This document shows, one piece after another, positions 44,032 to 58,900 of a stretch of 64,000 nucleotides of DNA (positions are counted from its first letter, which is position 1; each line of letters starts with the position of its first letter). The position numbers and the translations under genes are program-made. A model generated the notes under the pieces. That model saw nothing but the letters and a program-made list of their open reading frames with translations, did not search any database and was not told the origin of the DNA. The stretch lies in contig OU015566.1 in the NCBI GenBank assembly GCA_907165135.1, forward strand, positions 1,240,001 through 1,304,000, written 5' to 3'. Source of the DNA: Oikopleura dioica (taxonomy: Eukaryota > Animalia > Chordata).

Positions 44032-45099
44032 TCGACCAATTTTTTTGCTGAACTCTCCGATAAAAAATTATCGAAATTAGCATTGTTGATTTTCTCTTAA
44101 AATCTTACCTCATGAAAACGATTCTCTACAAAAACTGCCCTCATTTTTCGTGAACGCTATTTCCGCACATTTTATACCGTGAAATAACAAAATATTTACT
44201 CGATATATATTTTCGATGGCCCCATTTTTTCAGAAGACTTCATCTGCTTATTTCCCAAAAATTATGCAATTCAGGAATTCAAGAAGCAAAAACAGCTATC
44301 CAGGCTTGAATGAAGAATCATGAACTTTGATCATCGAGAAAAAAAATACATCATATCCAAATGTACTCCAGTCATCCTGGCTCGTGATTAAAAATGAATA
44401 CTGTATCCGCAAGTGCTGCTTATTATGAAGCTATCGGGATGAAGACATGTTGATGAACAGTAGCCTTATTTTTTCATAAATATTTACTGTACAGTGGCAG
44501 GTTTCATTACACAAAGGGGAGTATATAAAGCTGGTGAAAATAAGGAGAGGGAAAAGAAATTCTTTGAAAATGCGATTTTTTAAAAATATGATTGTTCTTT
44601 CTTCCTCTCTTGTTTTTGCTCAAACAGGTTCAAGAACAAACATCCGACTCTTTACCTCATTTTAGGCGTCGACCTGTATTCCTGCCTCAGAGCCGCCAAT
44701 TTCGACCTGGAGCTTTCCAACGAGTGCTTCGACAACGCTTATAACCGAGCTAGTCCAAAAGGCAGGAAATCAAAAGATGCTAAATAGCTTACTGAAAGAG
44801 TCGAATTCAACATCTTTTTTGTAGATTTCCGACAGACGCGATTGCCTCTTTCCGTTCTTTTTAGCTCAAGAATTCTCAGATATTGAGCTGTCAAGAAATT
44901 TGATCAAAAACTGTTTCTTTTCTTTTTTAATAAAATTGTTATGAGACTCAAAATATTCATATTAACCCTAACCCTAACCCTTTCCTGTGAGAAAGATTTC
45001 CCTCTTTTTGAGCGTCGTTAAAATCCTAATCCTCTGCCATTTCAAAAGAAATCCGGCGTCTCTTTTTTTCCAGCTCAAAAGCGAGTCAAAGAGATAAAG

Positions 45100-46102
45100 A
45101 TGATTTTGTTCCTGATCCATTTTCATGCTGTTTTCTCGCTGATGAGTGAGTTTTCTTCTTTTGTAAGCAAGGTTTACTAGGGAATTTAGACGGGCGCGAT
45201 GCTTGGTTTCCTTCATCAGAAGGCTTCGGGTACGAAATCGATGAACAAGCAGGGACAATTACTTTTATCCTGGAGGATCTTGACCCGATGCCGTATTATC
45301 TTGGAATCGGATGGAATAATTACACTCACGACGAGAGCTACCACACCAAGACCATGACGGTATCTCGAAAACCTGAGTAGAAACCTGAGTGAGCTTTTTT
45401 CAGAACGCTGAGCTTATGATTTGGGATGGAGGATCAAAACATGCCGGTGAAAAATATTTGGGATCAATTTGGACCTACTTCGGAATTGAAAAAATTGGCC
45501 GTCCAAGTTACGAGTAAAAAAATCCTAAAAGAAAATAATCTAAAACCGGTATTTAGCGATGACGCGATGAGCCACTGGACAAGGACGCCCGGATCTTCGC
45601 ATCCCGACGGCAAGCCCCGCTGGAGTCGAAGTCTCAAGCGCCCCGAAGGATGCAGCAAATGCATCGAAATCAAGAAGAATCAAGAGTACTGGGTCATGTC
45701 GGCGCGGGGCAAAATTTTCGACGGCGAAGCTGAAGTACAGAAGCAAAAAGATGATCCAAAATACGCCGCTTGGTCGAACTGGCCAGGCCCAAGAGCTGGT
45801 TATCATGTTTGTTTTATCTTTTTTTTCCTACTTTTTTTGACGATTTTCAGTACGCAAAGACGCAGCGCGAAAAAGTGATCATCTGGAAAGAACATGACTT
45901 GGACGACTTGAGTAAATTGAAATTTTTATTGATGGTTTTTGATTGTTTCTTAGATCACATGACAAATCATCACCCGGACAACTGGAATCAACGAGCAAGC
46001 CAAATTGGCCAGAAAGATTTGACGAATATTCCTCAGAATTCTGCAATTATAATTTCTGTTTTTTCAAGTCTCCTGTTTTTCTTGGGAATAAATTTACTCT
46101 AG
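45100..46102 (+). CDS. Secreted or GPI-anchored DOMON-domain protein
   Basis: Signal MILFLIHFHAVFS; YYLGIGW...KTMT|NAELMIW, WSRSL, YWVMSARG, GYH|Y follow the DOMON pattern; hydrophobic C-terminus AIIISVFSSLLFFLGINLL*. Confidence 0.6.
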
Positions 46103-46303
46103 AACGCTTTAAAATTGCCTCTGATTATTTTTTTTTATTTCTGATCGTTTGCTGTATGCCGAAATATTTGCCGAAATGCTCAAAAAGATACTTACGGATG
46201 TACTAATAATCGGTCCAGATTTGGCAAGTGACATAAATTTTACGGCTTGAGTGTATTAAATATTAACTCTGTTACTAGGAGAAGTGCTAGAAGCCGTATA
46301 TAA

Positions 46304-48810
46304 ATGCGCAAATTTTCCCAGAGTCAGCATTTTTTGAGAGCAAGAAAAATGAGCTCTGTCCGCGAAATTAACTCGTGGCACGATGCTTTTATTTTTTGTG
46401 CAAAGCCGGCTTTCAAAGATGATTTGTGGATTTTTATGATTTTTGCAGCGATTCAAGTTTCGCTCGCTGGCGTGAAGCTGCTTACCTTTTTTATTAACAG
46501 AAGACTTTCGGAGGAAAACAAGGACAACGTCGGTGATGCTCCTGCTAGTGGTGGGATCTCGATTTTGGGTGTAATATCGCTTATTGCAGGTAAACGAACT
46601 CAGATGATGAAATCTTCCTCTAAGGAAAAATCTAAGGCTCCCTGATTCTCGCAGTCTACTGCGAAGATGAACCAACTGAGAAAACCTTCAACATCTTCAA
46701 AGCTGGCGTCTACATGAACCTCTTCCTTTTCGCAATTACCCTGGTCTTCATCTGCGGCTTTCTTATCGCATTTATCCTTGATATTTGCACGAGACGCCGC
46801 GGGCGCGCAATCACTTTTCGAATGTTTCTCAGTGGAACTTTGATTTTGTCGATTACGGCTGCTTTTTTTGGCGCGACTGGTTTCCTTGGCCTCAAATACG
46901 TCCAAGACGAGTGCTCCCTAGAAGTAGAGCTGTATTTTCGAAGCAATTCTACCGATATTTATCTTGACCAATCAATGCAATTCGCCGCGGAAACCCTCGA
47001 AGGCAGCTATACCAAACCGACGAAGGAAAGTCTTTACTGGAATTACCAAGACAGGATGATTGGCGAGCCATATATTTTCGTCGTCGATGATACTGAAATT
47101 TCCCACGAGCCATTTTACGTTTCCTCAGTGGTATTTAATACGACCGACTCGCGGAAGAACATCATGAATATGCTTGTTCAAATAGCTCGCTACAGAGAAG
47201 TATCGACGGGAAAAATTGATCTGGTGGTTGAGTCGACTGATACGACATGCTTGGAAACAGGCTTGACTCTGGTCGGTGGTCTTTTGGCTTGCAAGATTCG
47301 ATTTTCGACTTTTCAAAACGAAACTGCAAGATATGAAGAATCAACAAACGAAATCATTGAAATAAATAGCTGCGCTTATGAAGAATCGGAAATTTATTGC
47401 AACAAGAAATCTGCTTCCTTTCCTCTTTGCTGCGAGCAATTTGAGTCAAAATACACGGACGGTCAAGATGGAGATTGCTGGTGTATCAATAGATTTGACG
47501 ATGCCAGCTGTGGTTTTGACAAAAATCTGCCACCAAGTCAGTGCCAGTATCGCGCGAATACTCTTGATCTGGAAATTTCTGATCAAAAAAATTACTATTG
47601 TGATGTCCTTGGGCAGAGCAGAAATGGATACTGTAAAAAAGAAAACGGAGCGCTGGTTTGGGACGCTTCCTGTAAAGATGAAAAAGATCTCGATGCGAAA
47701 TACAGTAAGTAAATGCTGTTTTTTTTTGTTTGAGTCATCATTTTAGACTGTTGCAAAAATCTTGAAAGTTCCTATTCTTTCACAAGAACATGGAGAAAAT
47801 ACAACGAAAACCAAGAGACTGACATGACACCATCAACTTGCAAGCAGTTCAATAACTGCAAAACAGCAGATCAATTCTTTGGTGGATGCTGTGACAGCTC
47901 CTCCGGTGGACACTCTGATTGTAAATACTGCAAAGACGTAGATGAAACATCAAGCTCAAATCACAAGAGAGATTGTGGATATTCTCATTGTTTGACTAAC
48001 GATAAAACGGTGGAAGAGAAGAAGTCTTGCTGTCTGGAAGTTGAAAGAGTTTTCGGATTCAAATTTCGAAAAGATAGTGAGTGCGGAATCGCGTAAGTAT
48101 TTTTTCGATTTATTTTTTTTAACTATCCGATAAGAATAAATTATGACCCCTGCGTCGATGAGACAGACAGTCTAGCGTGCAAAGGAATCACAGACTATTG
48201 CAAATCAACAGACTTCTGCTTCCCTGACTGCTGCACTGGGCTAAAGTTCGACTTTGCCAACAAAGACACGATTTCTGACTCAATGAATTCCGACTGTTTC
48301 CAACTTGCTCCTGAAAGAATCGAATCCGCCAACGATGTCAAGGAATTTCTCGGGCACTACATTTACCATCACACTGGAAAATTCTATGGGCGAGAGTCTT
48401 GCAGCGCGGTAAAAGGAATCATTGATCCGAGCTGCTGCAATAGCGGATTCAGCTATCACGTCGAAGATCCGTGCTATTGTCATGGAAGGAATCCGTTAAG
48501 TTCAAGATGCGCGAGAGTTGATCCGGCTAATTGTCTTCCTGGAAATTCTGCTTACCCGCAATGCTGTTTTGAAATCGGCGCATTCTTTGCGTAAGTTCTT
48601 TATTACTTATTCTAACTGACCCTGTCTAGCCCTGATCACTTCTGCACCTGCCGACAAAATCAAGATCGATTAAGTCTTCATACTTGCAGTGATGTCCAAA
48701 CTTCTGAACCCTTTGACTTTATTGAAAAATGTCCGAACCCATGCGCAGGTTATAACGCCCTTTTGACGGACGGTTCTGGAATTTGCAAAGAACCAATCTT
48801 TACTGTTTGA
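46304..48810 (+). CDS. Membrane protein with ~4 N-terminal hydrophobic segments and a long Cys-rich C-terminal region, unknown family
   Basis: Exons ~46304-46589, 46655-47705, 47748-48093, 48133-48592 and 48630-48810 join through GT-AG introns; many CC/CxC clusters. Confidence 0.6.
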
Positions 48811-49048
48811 GAAAAACCTGAAATTCTCTGTCTTGCAGCTGATCCTTGATTTTCTACAATAAAATTTATTCTTTTATCTCTCGCTATTTGAAACAGCCTA
48901 TCTCGATTTCAAGAGTTATGTAAACGATTAAATAACGTATTGTCCAAAGTTTGGACTCCAAACCGTATTGACAAAATGAATCAAGTTATTCGGAGTCGTA
49001 AAAGTGCCTCGTAAGAAATTCGCTCTAAAAGCGCATACAAAGCAAAAA

Positions 49049-49543
49049 ATGCCGAATAACTCTTCTGAAAACCCTCTTGAAATAATTATGAGAACTATGC
49101 GACAAATAAGACAAGAAAACCAACAAACAGCGCAAAATGTTCAACAAATGCGTGAAGAAAACCGCCAAAATGTCGAATTGATAAGGCAAGAGACACGAGA
49201 GCTATCCGAAAGAATCAATAGAGTAGAGGAAGCTCAGGCAAGTATCAGAGAAGAAATAGCTCAGCTTCGCCGTGACAGAGATAGTCCGTGGAGCTCTTCA
49301 ACATTCGAACGAAATTTCAGCAGTCCGCAAAATATTCCAGACGCCGTCCCTGAAATGATTCCTGAGAACATAGAAGTTCAGTCGGTAAATCGCGCTAGGT
49401 TTGATGCTCTTGAGTTCGAAGAAGATCCAAATTTCGACCCACGAGGACAGTTCCGGCGAAGATCCGAACTCATGGATCAAGAAAATTCCGAAGACCGAAA
49501 TAATTTTTATAAATGGTCATTTTTTATCTGTTTTTTTCAATAA
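49049..49543 (+). CDS. Coiled-coil ORF family member 1
   Basis: LEIIMRTMRQIRQENQQ...LSERINRVEEAQ...EIAQLRR; FDALEFEEDPN motif shared with member 3. Confidence 0.55.
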   Translation: MPNNSSENPLEIIMRTMRQIRQENQQTAQNVQQMREENRQNVELIRQETRELSERINRVEEAQASIREEIAQLRRDRDSPWSSSTFERNFSSPQNIPDAVPEMIPENIEVQSVNRARFDALEFEEDPNFDPRGQFRRRSELMDQENSEDRNNFYKWSFFICFFQ

Positions 49544-49627
49544 ATTATTGCTAAAATTCAATGGACAAAATTTAATACAGTATTTGCTCATTCGTGACAA
49601 AAATCTTTCTCGTTTCAATTATTTACT

Positions 49628-49728
49628 TGGTTCCTGTTTCTTGAACTTAGAACTGGAACGAATTCAGTTTGAAACATGTTTTGAACGAGGATTGATAAGA
49701 ATAGCAAAATTCTAGTGTTGAAGATAGT
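49628..49728 (+). repeat. 101-bp near-identical direct repeat (partner 52525-52625) downstream of coiled-coil ORFs 1 and 3
   Basis: TGGTTCCTGTTTCTTGAACTTAGAACTGGAACGAATTCAGTTTGAAACATGT...GTTGAAGATAGT occurs at both loci. Confidence 0.85.
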
Positions 49729-49738
49729 AAGGCTTTAC

Positions 49739-51018
49739 TTAACGCGCGAGCGCACAAAATTTTTTTCCCGGTGAGCGCACGGCGGCCCGAACTCGGGGCA
49801 ACCCCCTTTTACTGTTCTAGCGCAAAATAAGGTAGTATGGAAAAATGTTTCGGTAAAACTGCCGAAATATGGTGAGCTTATTTTCTGATTAATATTTCGG
49901 TAACAGCCGAAACTTTTTTCACTTTTTTCCACTGTTGTCATAAAAATATTTCGGCAGGCTACCGAAATCAAAGAATCTAAGTTCCCCCGACCACGGGGCT
50001 TCGCCCCTTAGGTCCTAAGATGCCGGGGTCTAGTCTAGGGTTACTTAGGGTTACTTTCAGTAACCCTAACGAACCCTAGCCTATCCCCCTCGGGTAATTT
50101 GTTCCGTCATTTTTGCAGGTGCCCCCTAACCCTAACCTTTATTTTAGCAAAATTTTAGCAAGATTACGTTTTTTTATCATCGGCTTACTTCATTTTTGCG
50201 AAATAAAGAATGAACCCAGAGATGATCTTCTGAATATGAGAACAGAAAATAACTCGAGATTTTTGAGGTGAAAATTGATAAGGCACACTCATTGAATGCA
50301 CATACCAGCGCAAATCAGGATGATAATGGAAAAACCTACCGAAATTTTATTGCTCAAAAGACATCAAATTCTGATTTTTGTTTCGGCTCGTACCGAAATA
50401 TTTTTCCTAAAAACGGGTCTTATTTGTATAATTCTTTCGGCTGCCTGCCGAAATATTTATCATATTTGACCCCTCGAAAGTGATTTATATTTCGGTCGCT
50501 TTTACCGAAACATTTTTCCATACTACGCAAAATAAATCTACTCTTAAATCAAAATAACACTTAAGCAAGTACTATTAGAAACTTATAAACAATTTTTAAA
50601 GTGAAAAATAGTAATATCAAAAGTTAAGCCGACTTGAATCCGATAATAACTAAAGTATCCATTCTAAGAGTTTTATGGTTGCAAAAACTGAGAAATATAA
50701 AAACTCTTTGTAAATCTAAACTTTTGTTTCTCCGGTAAAGATTCGGGTTTTAGTAAATATAAGAGTTTGACAAGTTTTTATGAAGAAAATAAGAAAATCT
50801 TAGAATTATTGTGTGTTTTTGCCCAATGTTGACTTTTCGTCTCAATACTAAAATCAAAAATGTTCAGAAAAATTTTTTCGACCTTAAAATCGTTTTTCTC
50901 GCAAAATTTGAGCCCCATAAAGACGGGGTCTCGAAAATTATTGTTCACGAAAAGTAGGAGAAAATTGTGGATAAGGGGCTCTGCCCCGAGTTCGGGGCGC
51001 CGTGCGCTCACGCGTTAA
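49739..51018. mobile_element. TTAA-flanked element with C-starting TIRs (piggyBac-like), non-autonomous
   Basis: TTAA-CGCGCGAGCGCAC...GTGAGCGCACGGCGGCCCGAACTCGGGGCA ... TGCCCCGAGTTCGGGGCGCCGTGCGCTCACGCG-TTAA. Confidence 0.8.
49831..50526. mobile_element. Mutator-like foldback nested in the piggyBac-like element
   Basis: TIRs GTAGTATGGAAAAATGTTTCGGTAAAA / TTTTACCGAAACATTTTTCCATACTAC with repeated TTTCGG..CCGAAA units; 9-bp TSD GCAAAATAA (49822-49830, 50527-50535). Confidence 0.8.
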
Positions 51019-51251
51019 AAATATAATACTTCCTCAAAAGATTCTGAGCCGAGATATTATTAAAAGAACTATGATAAGAAATATTGACATCTACCATCAA
51101 GAGGTAGGTCGATTCGAGTAACAGAAATGAGTAGACCTTAATGATAACCTCGTGCTATGGTCATAAAAAATATTTACGATGCGAATCAGTGAAGAGAAGA
51201 CCGTTAACCTCAAGCTTTTGCCAAAGTGAAGAAATTTAAGAAAACAGCAAA

Positions 51252-51407
51252 ATGCCTGATTGGCAAGACTTAATGGATAGAATTGATGATATGCGTGGAG
51301 AAAACCTAAGCTTTCGAAGAGAAATAAGAAGCAATATAAATAATCTATCTGATAGGATCTCGGCTCTTGAACGCGATCTTCATCGGAATGATACTAATAC
51401 TTCATAA
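51252..51407 (+). CDS. Coiled-coil ORF family member 2 (51 aa; possibly a truncated paralog)
   Basis: MPDWQDLMDRIDDMRGENLSFRREIRSNINNLSDRISALERDLHRN aligns by eye with the MRQEN...ISQRITSIE motif of members 1 and 3. Confidence 0.4.
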   Translation: MPDWQDLMDRIDDMRGENLSFRREIRSNINNLSDRISALERDLHRNDTNTS

Positions 51408-51741
51408 CTGCAACCTTATTTCAAGATAACGAATATTTCTTTTGAATAAAATCCATTGATGAATCACTGCTCGTGCGATTTAACTAAGCAGGCTTGGCAA
51501 TCTTATCATAGGGTCAAGGCTCGAAAAATTTTCCTCGATATTTATTCAGTAAAACAGGTCAGAGTCAGAAATTTCACGCGTTCGTTGAAAATAGTTAATT
51601 ACGAGTTAAACCGTTTGAGAGCAATTTTCGCCCCGCGTGCTCGTGTGATAACTTCTCGTAAAAAAATTAACGATGTGCGTCAGTCAAACAGAACCGTTAA
51701 CCTTTTGCCAATGTAAAGAGATATTCAAATACTACACCAGG

Positions 51742-52305
51742 ATGTCTGAGAATTCCAATCAGTTAGAGGCCGTCATTAACAATTTAGAAGAAATGCGTCA
51801 GGAAAACCGACAATTTAAAGAAGAAACAACGCAAAATATTCAAAATATTTCTCAAAGGATAACATCCATCGAAAATGAAGTGGCTCAAATTCGCCGTAAT
51901 ACTGGTAGCCCCATTTCGTCTTTAGGTTCAACATTCCAGAGCGGCTTCTCAAGCCCAGACCCAGAGAGTTGGGTCCTTGAAAATCCCTCTGGACCTGTTC
52001 TCGAAGATATAGAAGAGGACACTGGTATGGAGGTTTCTGAAAGTTCGGTTCAGGGAAGTTTCAAGATAACTGCTTTGAAAAGTGATTGGATAATTCTGCT
52101 CTTTAAATTTTTACCTAAATTTAAGATTTGCTAACTCTAAGGAGGTCTCTTGAAGCTCCATCAGTTAGAAGCTTTCCCATTTCAACAAGACCCGAATGAT
52201 AATCCAGCAACGAGTGCAACTGGGAGCGTAGAAAATGACCGGCAACAAATAGCGGATCCGATAGAAGACGAAGACGTTATGTCAAATGATCAAGTTAATA
52301 TATAG
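51742..52305 (+). CDS. Coiled-coil ORF family member 3 (two exons, putative GA-AG intron 52055-52141)
   Basis: LEAVINNLEEMRQENRQFKEETTQNIQNISQRITSIENEVAQIRR; the spliced tail LEAFPFQQDPN matches FDALEFEEDPN of member 1. Confidence 0.55.
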
Positions 52306-53008
52306 TTAAAAAGAGCACATGATCAAATGATCAAAAAAATCGTTTTTAAATAGTTAGAACTCCGAATGGATTATAATTTATAAATCATATCAAAATTGTT
52401 CGTGGAATCCTCATAAAAAATTATCAAATTGCCCTAACCCTGCTTTACTGAATAAATTTTAGTTCCAATGCTTGTTTTTGTAAAAAACGCGTGTCTGTTT
52501 GAAATGTTGAATTCTAGTTTTATTTGGTTCCTGTTTCTTGAACTTAGAACTGGAACGAATTCAGTTTGAAACATGTCTTTAACCAGGATTGATAAGAATA
52601 GCAAAATTCTAGTGTTGAAGATAGTGAGGCAAGAAAAAGCATCTTTGAAAAACAGCTGTTGCGTTGAGATGGTCAAAGATGGCTGGATGAAACAGGGATA
52701 AGTCTAGAAGACCGTTCTTGTCGGACGAGATAGGTATCTTAAAGAGGAGTAAAGAAGGGGAGGATTGAGGGAAAGTACCTGAAGGAATATAGGAGGCACC
52801 GCGTAAATAACTTCTGAGGTATTTTTTCAACGAGGCAAAATGGTTGTCGAAAATGTCGAAAACAAAGAAAAGAATGTAGAGCAGGATAGAGAATCTGTCC
52901 ATATTTGCAACTTCCACAGGGTTGAAAAGGACCAAATACCTAGAAATACGCCCTCAAATAATGACATGATCTGCCGATTCTGTAAATGATTCAGAACTTG
53001 AACTACTT

Positions 53009-54977
<1,969 letters not shown>

Positions 54978-55991
54978 AATTACAATCTTTATTTATCCAA
55001 AACGCGCCAATGTTAGCTCATCCGATGTCTCATCTCATTTCTCACAAGAATTCAAGGCCTCTTTTGTTTTCTTCTTCTGTCTCAAACGACCATTTTCTTC
55101 GTCCGATTTCTCAATTTTTTCTTTCTAAAAAAGTTAAAAGTAATTTTTCAGAAAGAAAATTCTCTCTCGGTCGAAGATTCTAGAAAGCAATTACACAATC
55201 AGAGAACTGTTTAAAAACTCAGTTTTTCTTTGAAAAAATTTCTCTGTACTCAAAAGCCTTTTTTAGCTTTCCCTTTTTCAACTTTTTTTTTTCAATTTTC
55301 GATAAAATTGGTTCGTTCTCGAACGCGCTCACTGATTGGCCGAATTTCACTTCATTTCTTCTTTTTTCTCCGAAAATCAATTCTACCCGTTTTCAACCCT
55401 TTTCTCCCTATTGCGTAATCCCATTTTATTCAACAGTTTTTTTTCTGCAAGAGAAAAAAATTTGTCTGTTCAGAATTTTTATGACTATCTCTAGAACATT
55501 TGCTTTATTTTTATCTGCTAAAATGGGTAATTTTGTTAATTTTAATGGCAAAAGAGAAAGAAAACGGGACAAAGAAAGTCCGTAGAAGACCAAGGGGCAA
55601 AAGGGGAGGTCGAAGAAGGTCCAAATCGGGGTGGGATATTCCTGCTACAGGTACTCTAGAATTTCCCATTTATTTGAATTACAAACGCAAAGGAGCATTT
55701 TTATTATTTGAATTTCAAAAATTAGTGGTATGGGGTCTTTTTCCTGGCCAAAATAGTTGAAATAAGAGTTAACCAATCAAATATCTCGATGAGAATGTTT
55801 GTTATCAGCTGGACCCACTGTAGTGCTTTGATTATTAGTCTAAGTTAGGGTACCGAAGGAGGTTTATCGAAAATCCACTCTGAATAGCTTTATATCCGAA
55901 TCGTTGGGACTCCCAACTTGGGAGGCCGTTTTTCATAGAAAAACTACTTCGTTTATGACGGTATGAATTCTCGTTTTTAGATGTCGGAAGG

Positions 55992-58900
55992 ATGAGTGAC
56001 TCGACGCTTTATGGGGAAGACTTATCATTTGCTGATCAATTGTCACGGTCCAAAATTGTTTTCGTTAAATATGATATTTAAATTATCCTTCCATGATCCT
56101 TTTTTGACCTACTAAAGCTAGTTGGAGAAACTAATCGAGTTTGAAAAACGCGATAAAAGTCACCCCGAAGATGCCCTCGTTCTAGAGCCTTCTAGCGGCT
56201 GGCATCGATACATCGTCCACCAGGTACCTTCCTCATCCGCTTCAATTTCTACATCTTCCAAAGGCCGTGCTGCTTTTCGCGAAATTATGCTCGTTCTCGG
56301 TCGGAGAGGGCGCTAGAAGACGCCCTGTGATCTGCTTCGCCGCGAAATTCAAGAACAACGGCCAAGAAAATGGACACTCCAACTCGGCAAGCTCAAGAAG
56401 AAGGCCGAATTATGCACCGCCGAGTTCAAGGAACAGTTTTGAATGATCTTTTGCGCCTGAAACCGCCGTTTTTCTAGCTTTTTCGACCAGTCAAAAAACT
56501 CATTCAAAGAGCTGAAGCAAAAAAGCCGGTCGACGAGCGGCTCGCAGCACAGCTTACTTCGCGGAAAAACTTGCTTACGGCGTATTCGCGAGTTCCCGAG
56601 CTCAATCCCCACGCCCCTTCCTTTGTTCCCGTAAGTTTTTGACGCCGTTGATTGCTTTTGAGGCTAAATTCTTCAGGTTTTCAACACCAACACAAACAGC
56701 TCCCCACATGTTCCCATAATGCCCGTTCCACAGCTAAACAATCTTCTCAATCTACAGGTAACAGCTTCCTAACGTTTAAATAGGTATTAAATTTTCAGGC
56801 ATCTTCTTTCACTCCTCGTCTGCCGTTCCCGCCGGAGCTGCTCAGTCAACTGCTGCCCAACACGATAAATTCACTTCCTGCGCCTAGTCCCGTCGCCCTC
56901 TCTTCAAGCCCAACTGTCCCGATTCAAAGGTAAAACAATTTATTTACAGTCAAACACAAAGAGCTCTGCAGCTATTTACACGTAGACAGGTTCGTGATCC
57001 TCAACATGAGCCTCATTTTGATGGTTCGCGAATTTTTGATAATCTTCTTGTGGCAGATTAAAGCGTACATGTTTTTCAAATTGAATTTTTTCAGTTTTAA
57101 TCCCTCTACAAATCGGTTGAATCGCGAGTTTTTGATTCGCTTCTTCAATCTTGAATCCCTTCTCAATCCTTTGAGAAGTTCTAGGGCTCAATTGCACGTT
57201 GTTTATGACGTTTTTTGGGTTGTGGTAGTAGTGAAGATTTTGGGTAAAACGCTCTAGTGCTTCCAAAGTATCATCAAAAGCTGTTTTTCTCGTGTTTTTC
57301 GGCGAGGAAAGTATTCTTTTTCGCTTTTCTTTTGGGCTTTTCTTCTTATCTGCGCCCTTTTTCCGAGGAAGATCTTTTGAAGTCGGCATTTTTTGTACAA
57401 TTTTATTGGTTTTTAAACGTCTCAAGGAACACGTCTTGTTTTTATAATGCAAAGTTTACCCCCGACCTTGATTTTTAGGAGTTCTTATTTGACTCTTGTG
57501 GCTTTTTTATGGAAAATTGTCACCTTGACATTTTGCTTGACGTGTATTTTCGAATGAACCTCGAGAAAACCCGCGTGAGGCAAACTTTCCGCGGTATTTT
57601 TCAGATTTGTTCTAATGAAGTAAGCAAAAAAACCTCTTTTAGAAGCACGGACCTGTCGCAATTCGTGAGTACGTTCAAAGAATTCGTCCCACTCTCGGAG
57701 CGAAAAGAGAGCTTCTCGCCGCCGGATAGCATTGATGAGGCGCCCTACTCGCCACCTTCTCAAGTTCAATCTCCATCTTCACAAACCGACTCCAAGCCTA
57801 AAGTACAGAGACCTGCGTATGTACCGCCGCATCTCAGAAATCGCAAGGTAACGAACAAGATGCCCAACTTCCTTTACCCTTTTTTATTAAGCCTGAACAA
57901 CCGAAACCTGACCAAAAGCGTGACCTAACCGAGGACGAAAAAGATCGTCAAAAGGTAATTTTCCTCTCTTTTGAAAAATGACTGTTCAGTTGGACCCTTT
58001 CTAGGTTAGGGGCTAGGGTAAGGAGACAGGTAGTAGTTACTTGGGGTTCCCGGGGGGCGAAGCCCCCTCTGTTCCGTCTTAGGGAGCTCCCGGAGGCCCC
58101 GGGCTGCCCCCTACTACCGACTTGGATATTAACATTTGTGAACCTGGAAAATTTCCAATAGTAACCCGTTCTTTAGAATCGAGAGAGAAAAGAAAAAGCG
58201 ATGGCGTTGAAAAATGAAGAAGAAAGACCTGCTTACAGTAGCTTCAAGCAGGATCGAAAGACAAGAAGAAATAGGTCAGGACGTCTCTTAGTCGGTCCTT
58301 TACTTCCGCTTCATTTCAGCTTCACGAAAAATCCCCAATCAAGGATGGATATGCCGCGCGAGCGCTCCCCAGTTCGATCTGAAACGCCTCCATCCAAGCC
58401 ATTCACACTCGCCGACGATTACGAGTTTACTTCTGACGAGGATTTGGATAGAGACTGGGCAGATGATGAGATAGAGGACTCCGTTCTTGAGGAGATCTCT
58501 ATTCTAGGGCTTAATTTGAAACGTTCTTACGGTCGGTAGATCATAAAGGATGGTCGTTGACTTTGATTTAGATATCGTGATACCGAATTATATGCTGGAA
58601 ATATACGACTTTCCGAAATCAGTGAGGACAAGAGATCTTATTGCGGTACGTTTCATTTTACATACTGCATGATAACGTTAATTTTCAAGGCATTTTCTAC
58701 GACATACGATGGCTTCAGCGTTAGATGGATTGATGATACTCATGCATTGGCGATCTTTAGATCTAAAAATCAGGTAGAAATCTTTCTCATCTCCTTTTTC
58801 ACCCGATTCTAGTGCGAAGAAGCTCTCGCTCGAGGCGGGAGCGGCGAGTTCCGTGTCCGAGAACTGTCAAAATCTTCGGATGTTTCTCGAAGAAAAGCCG

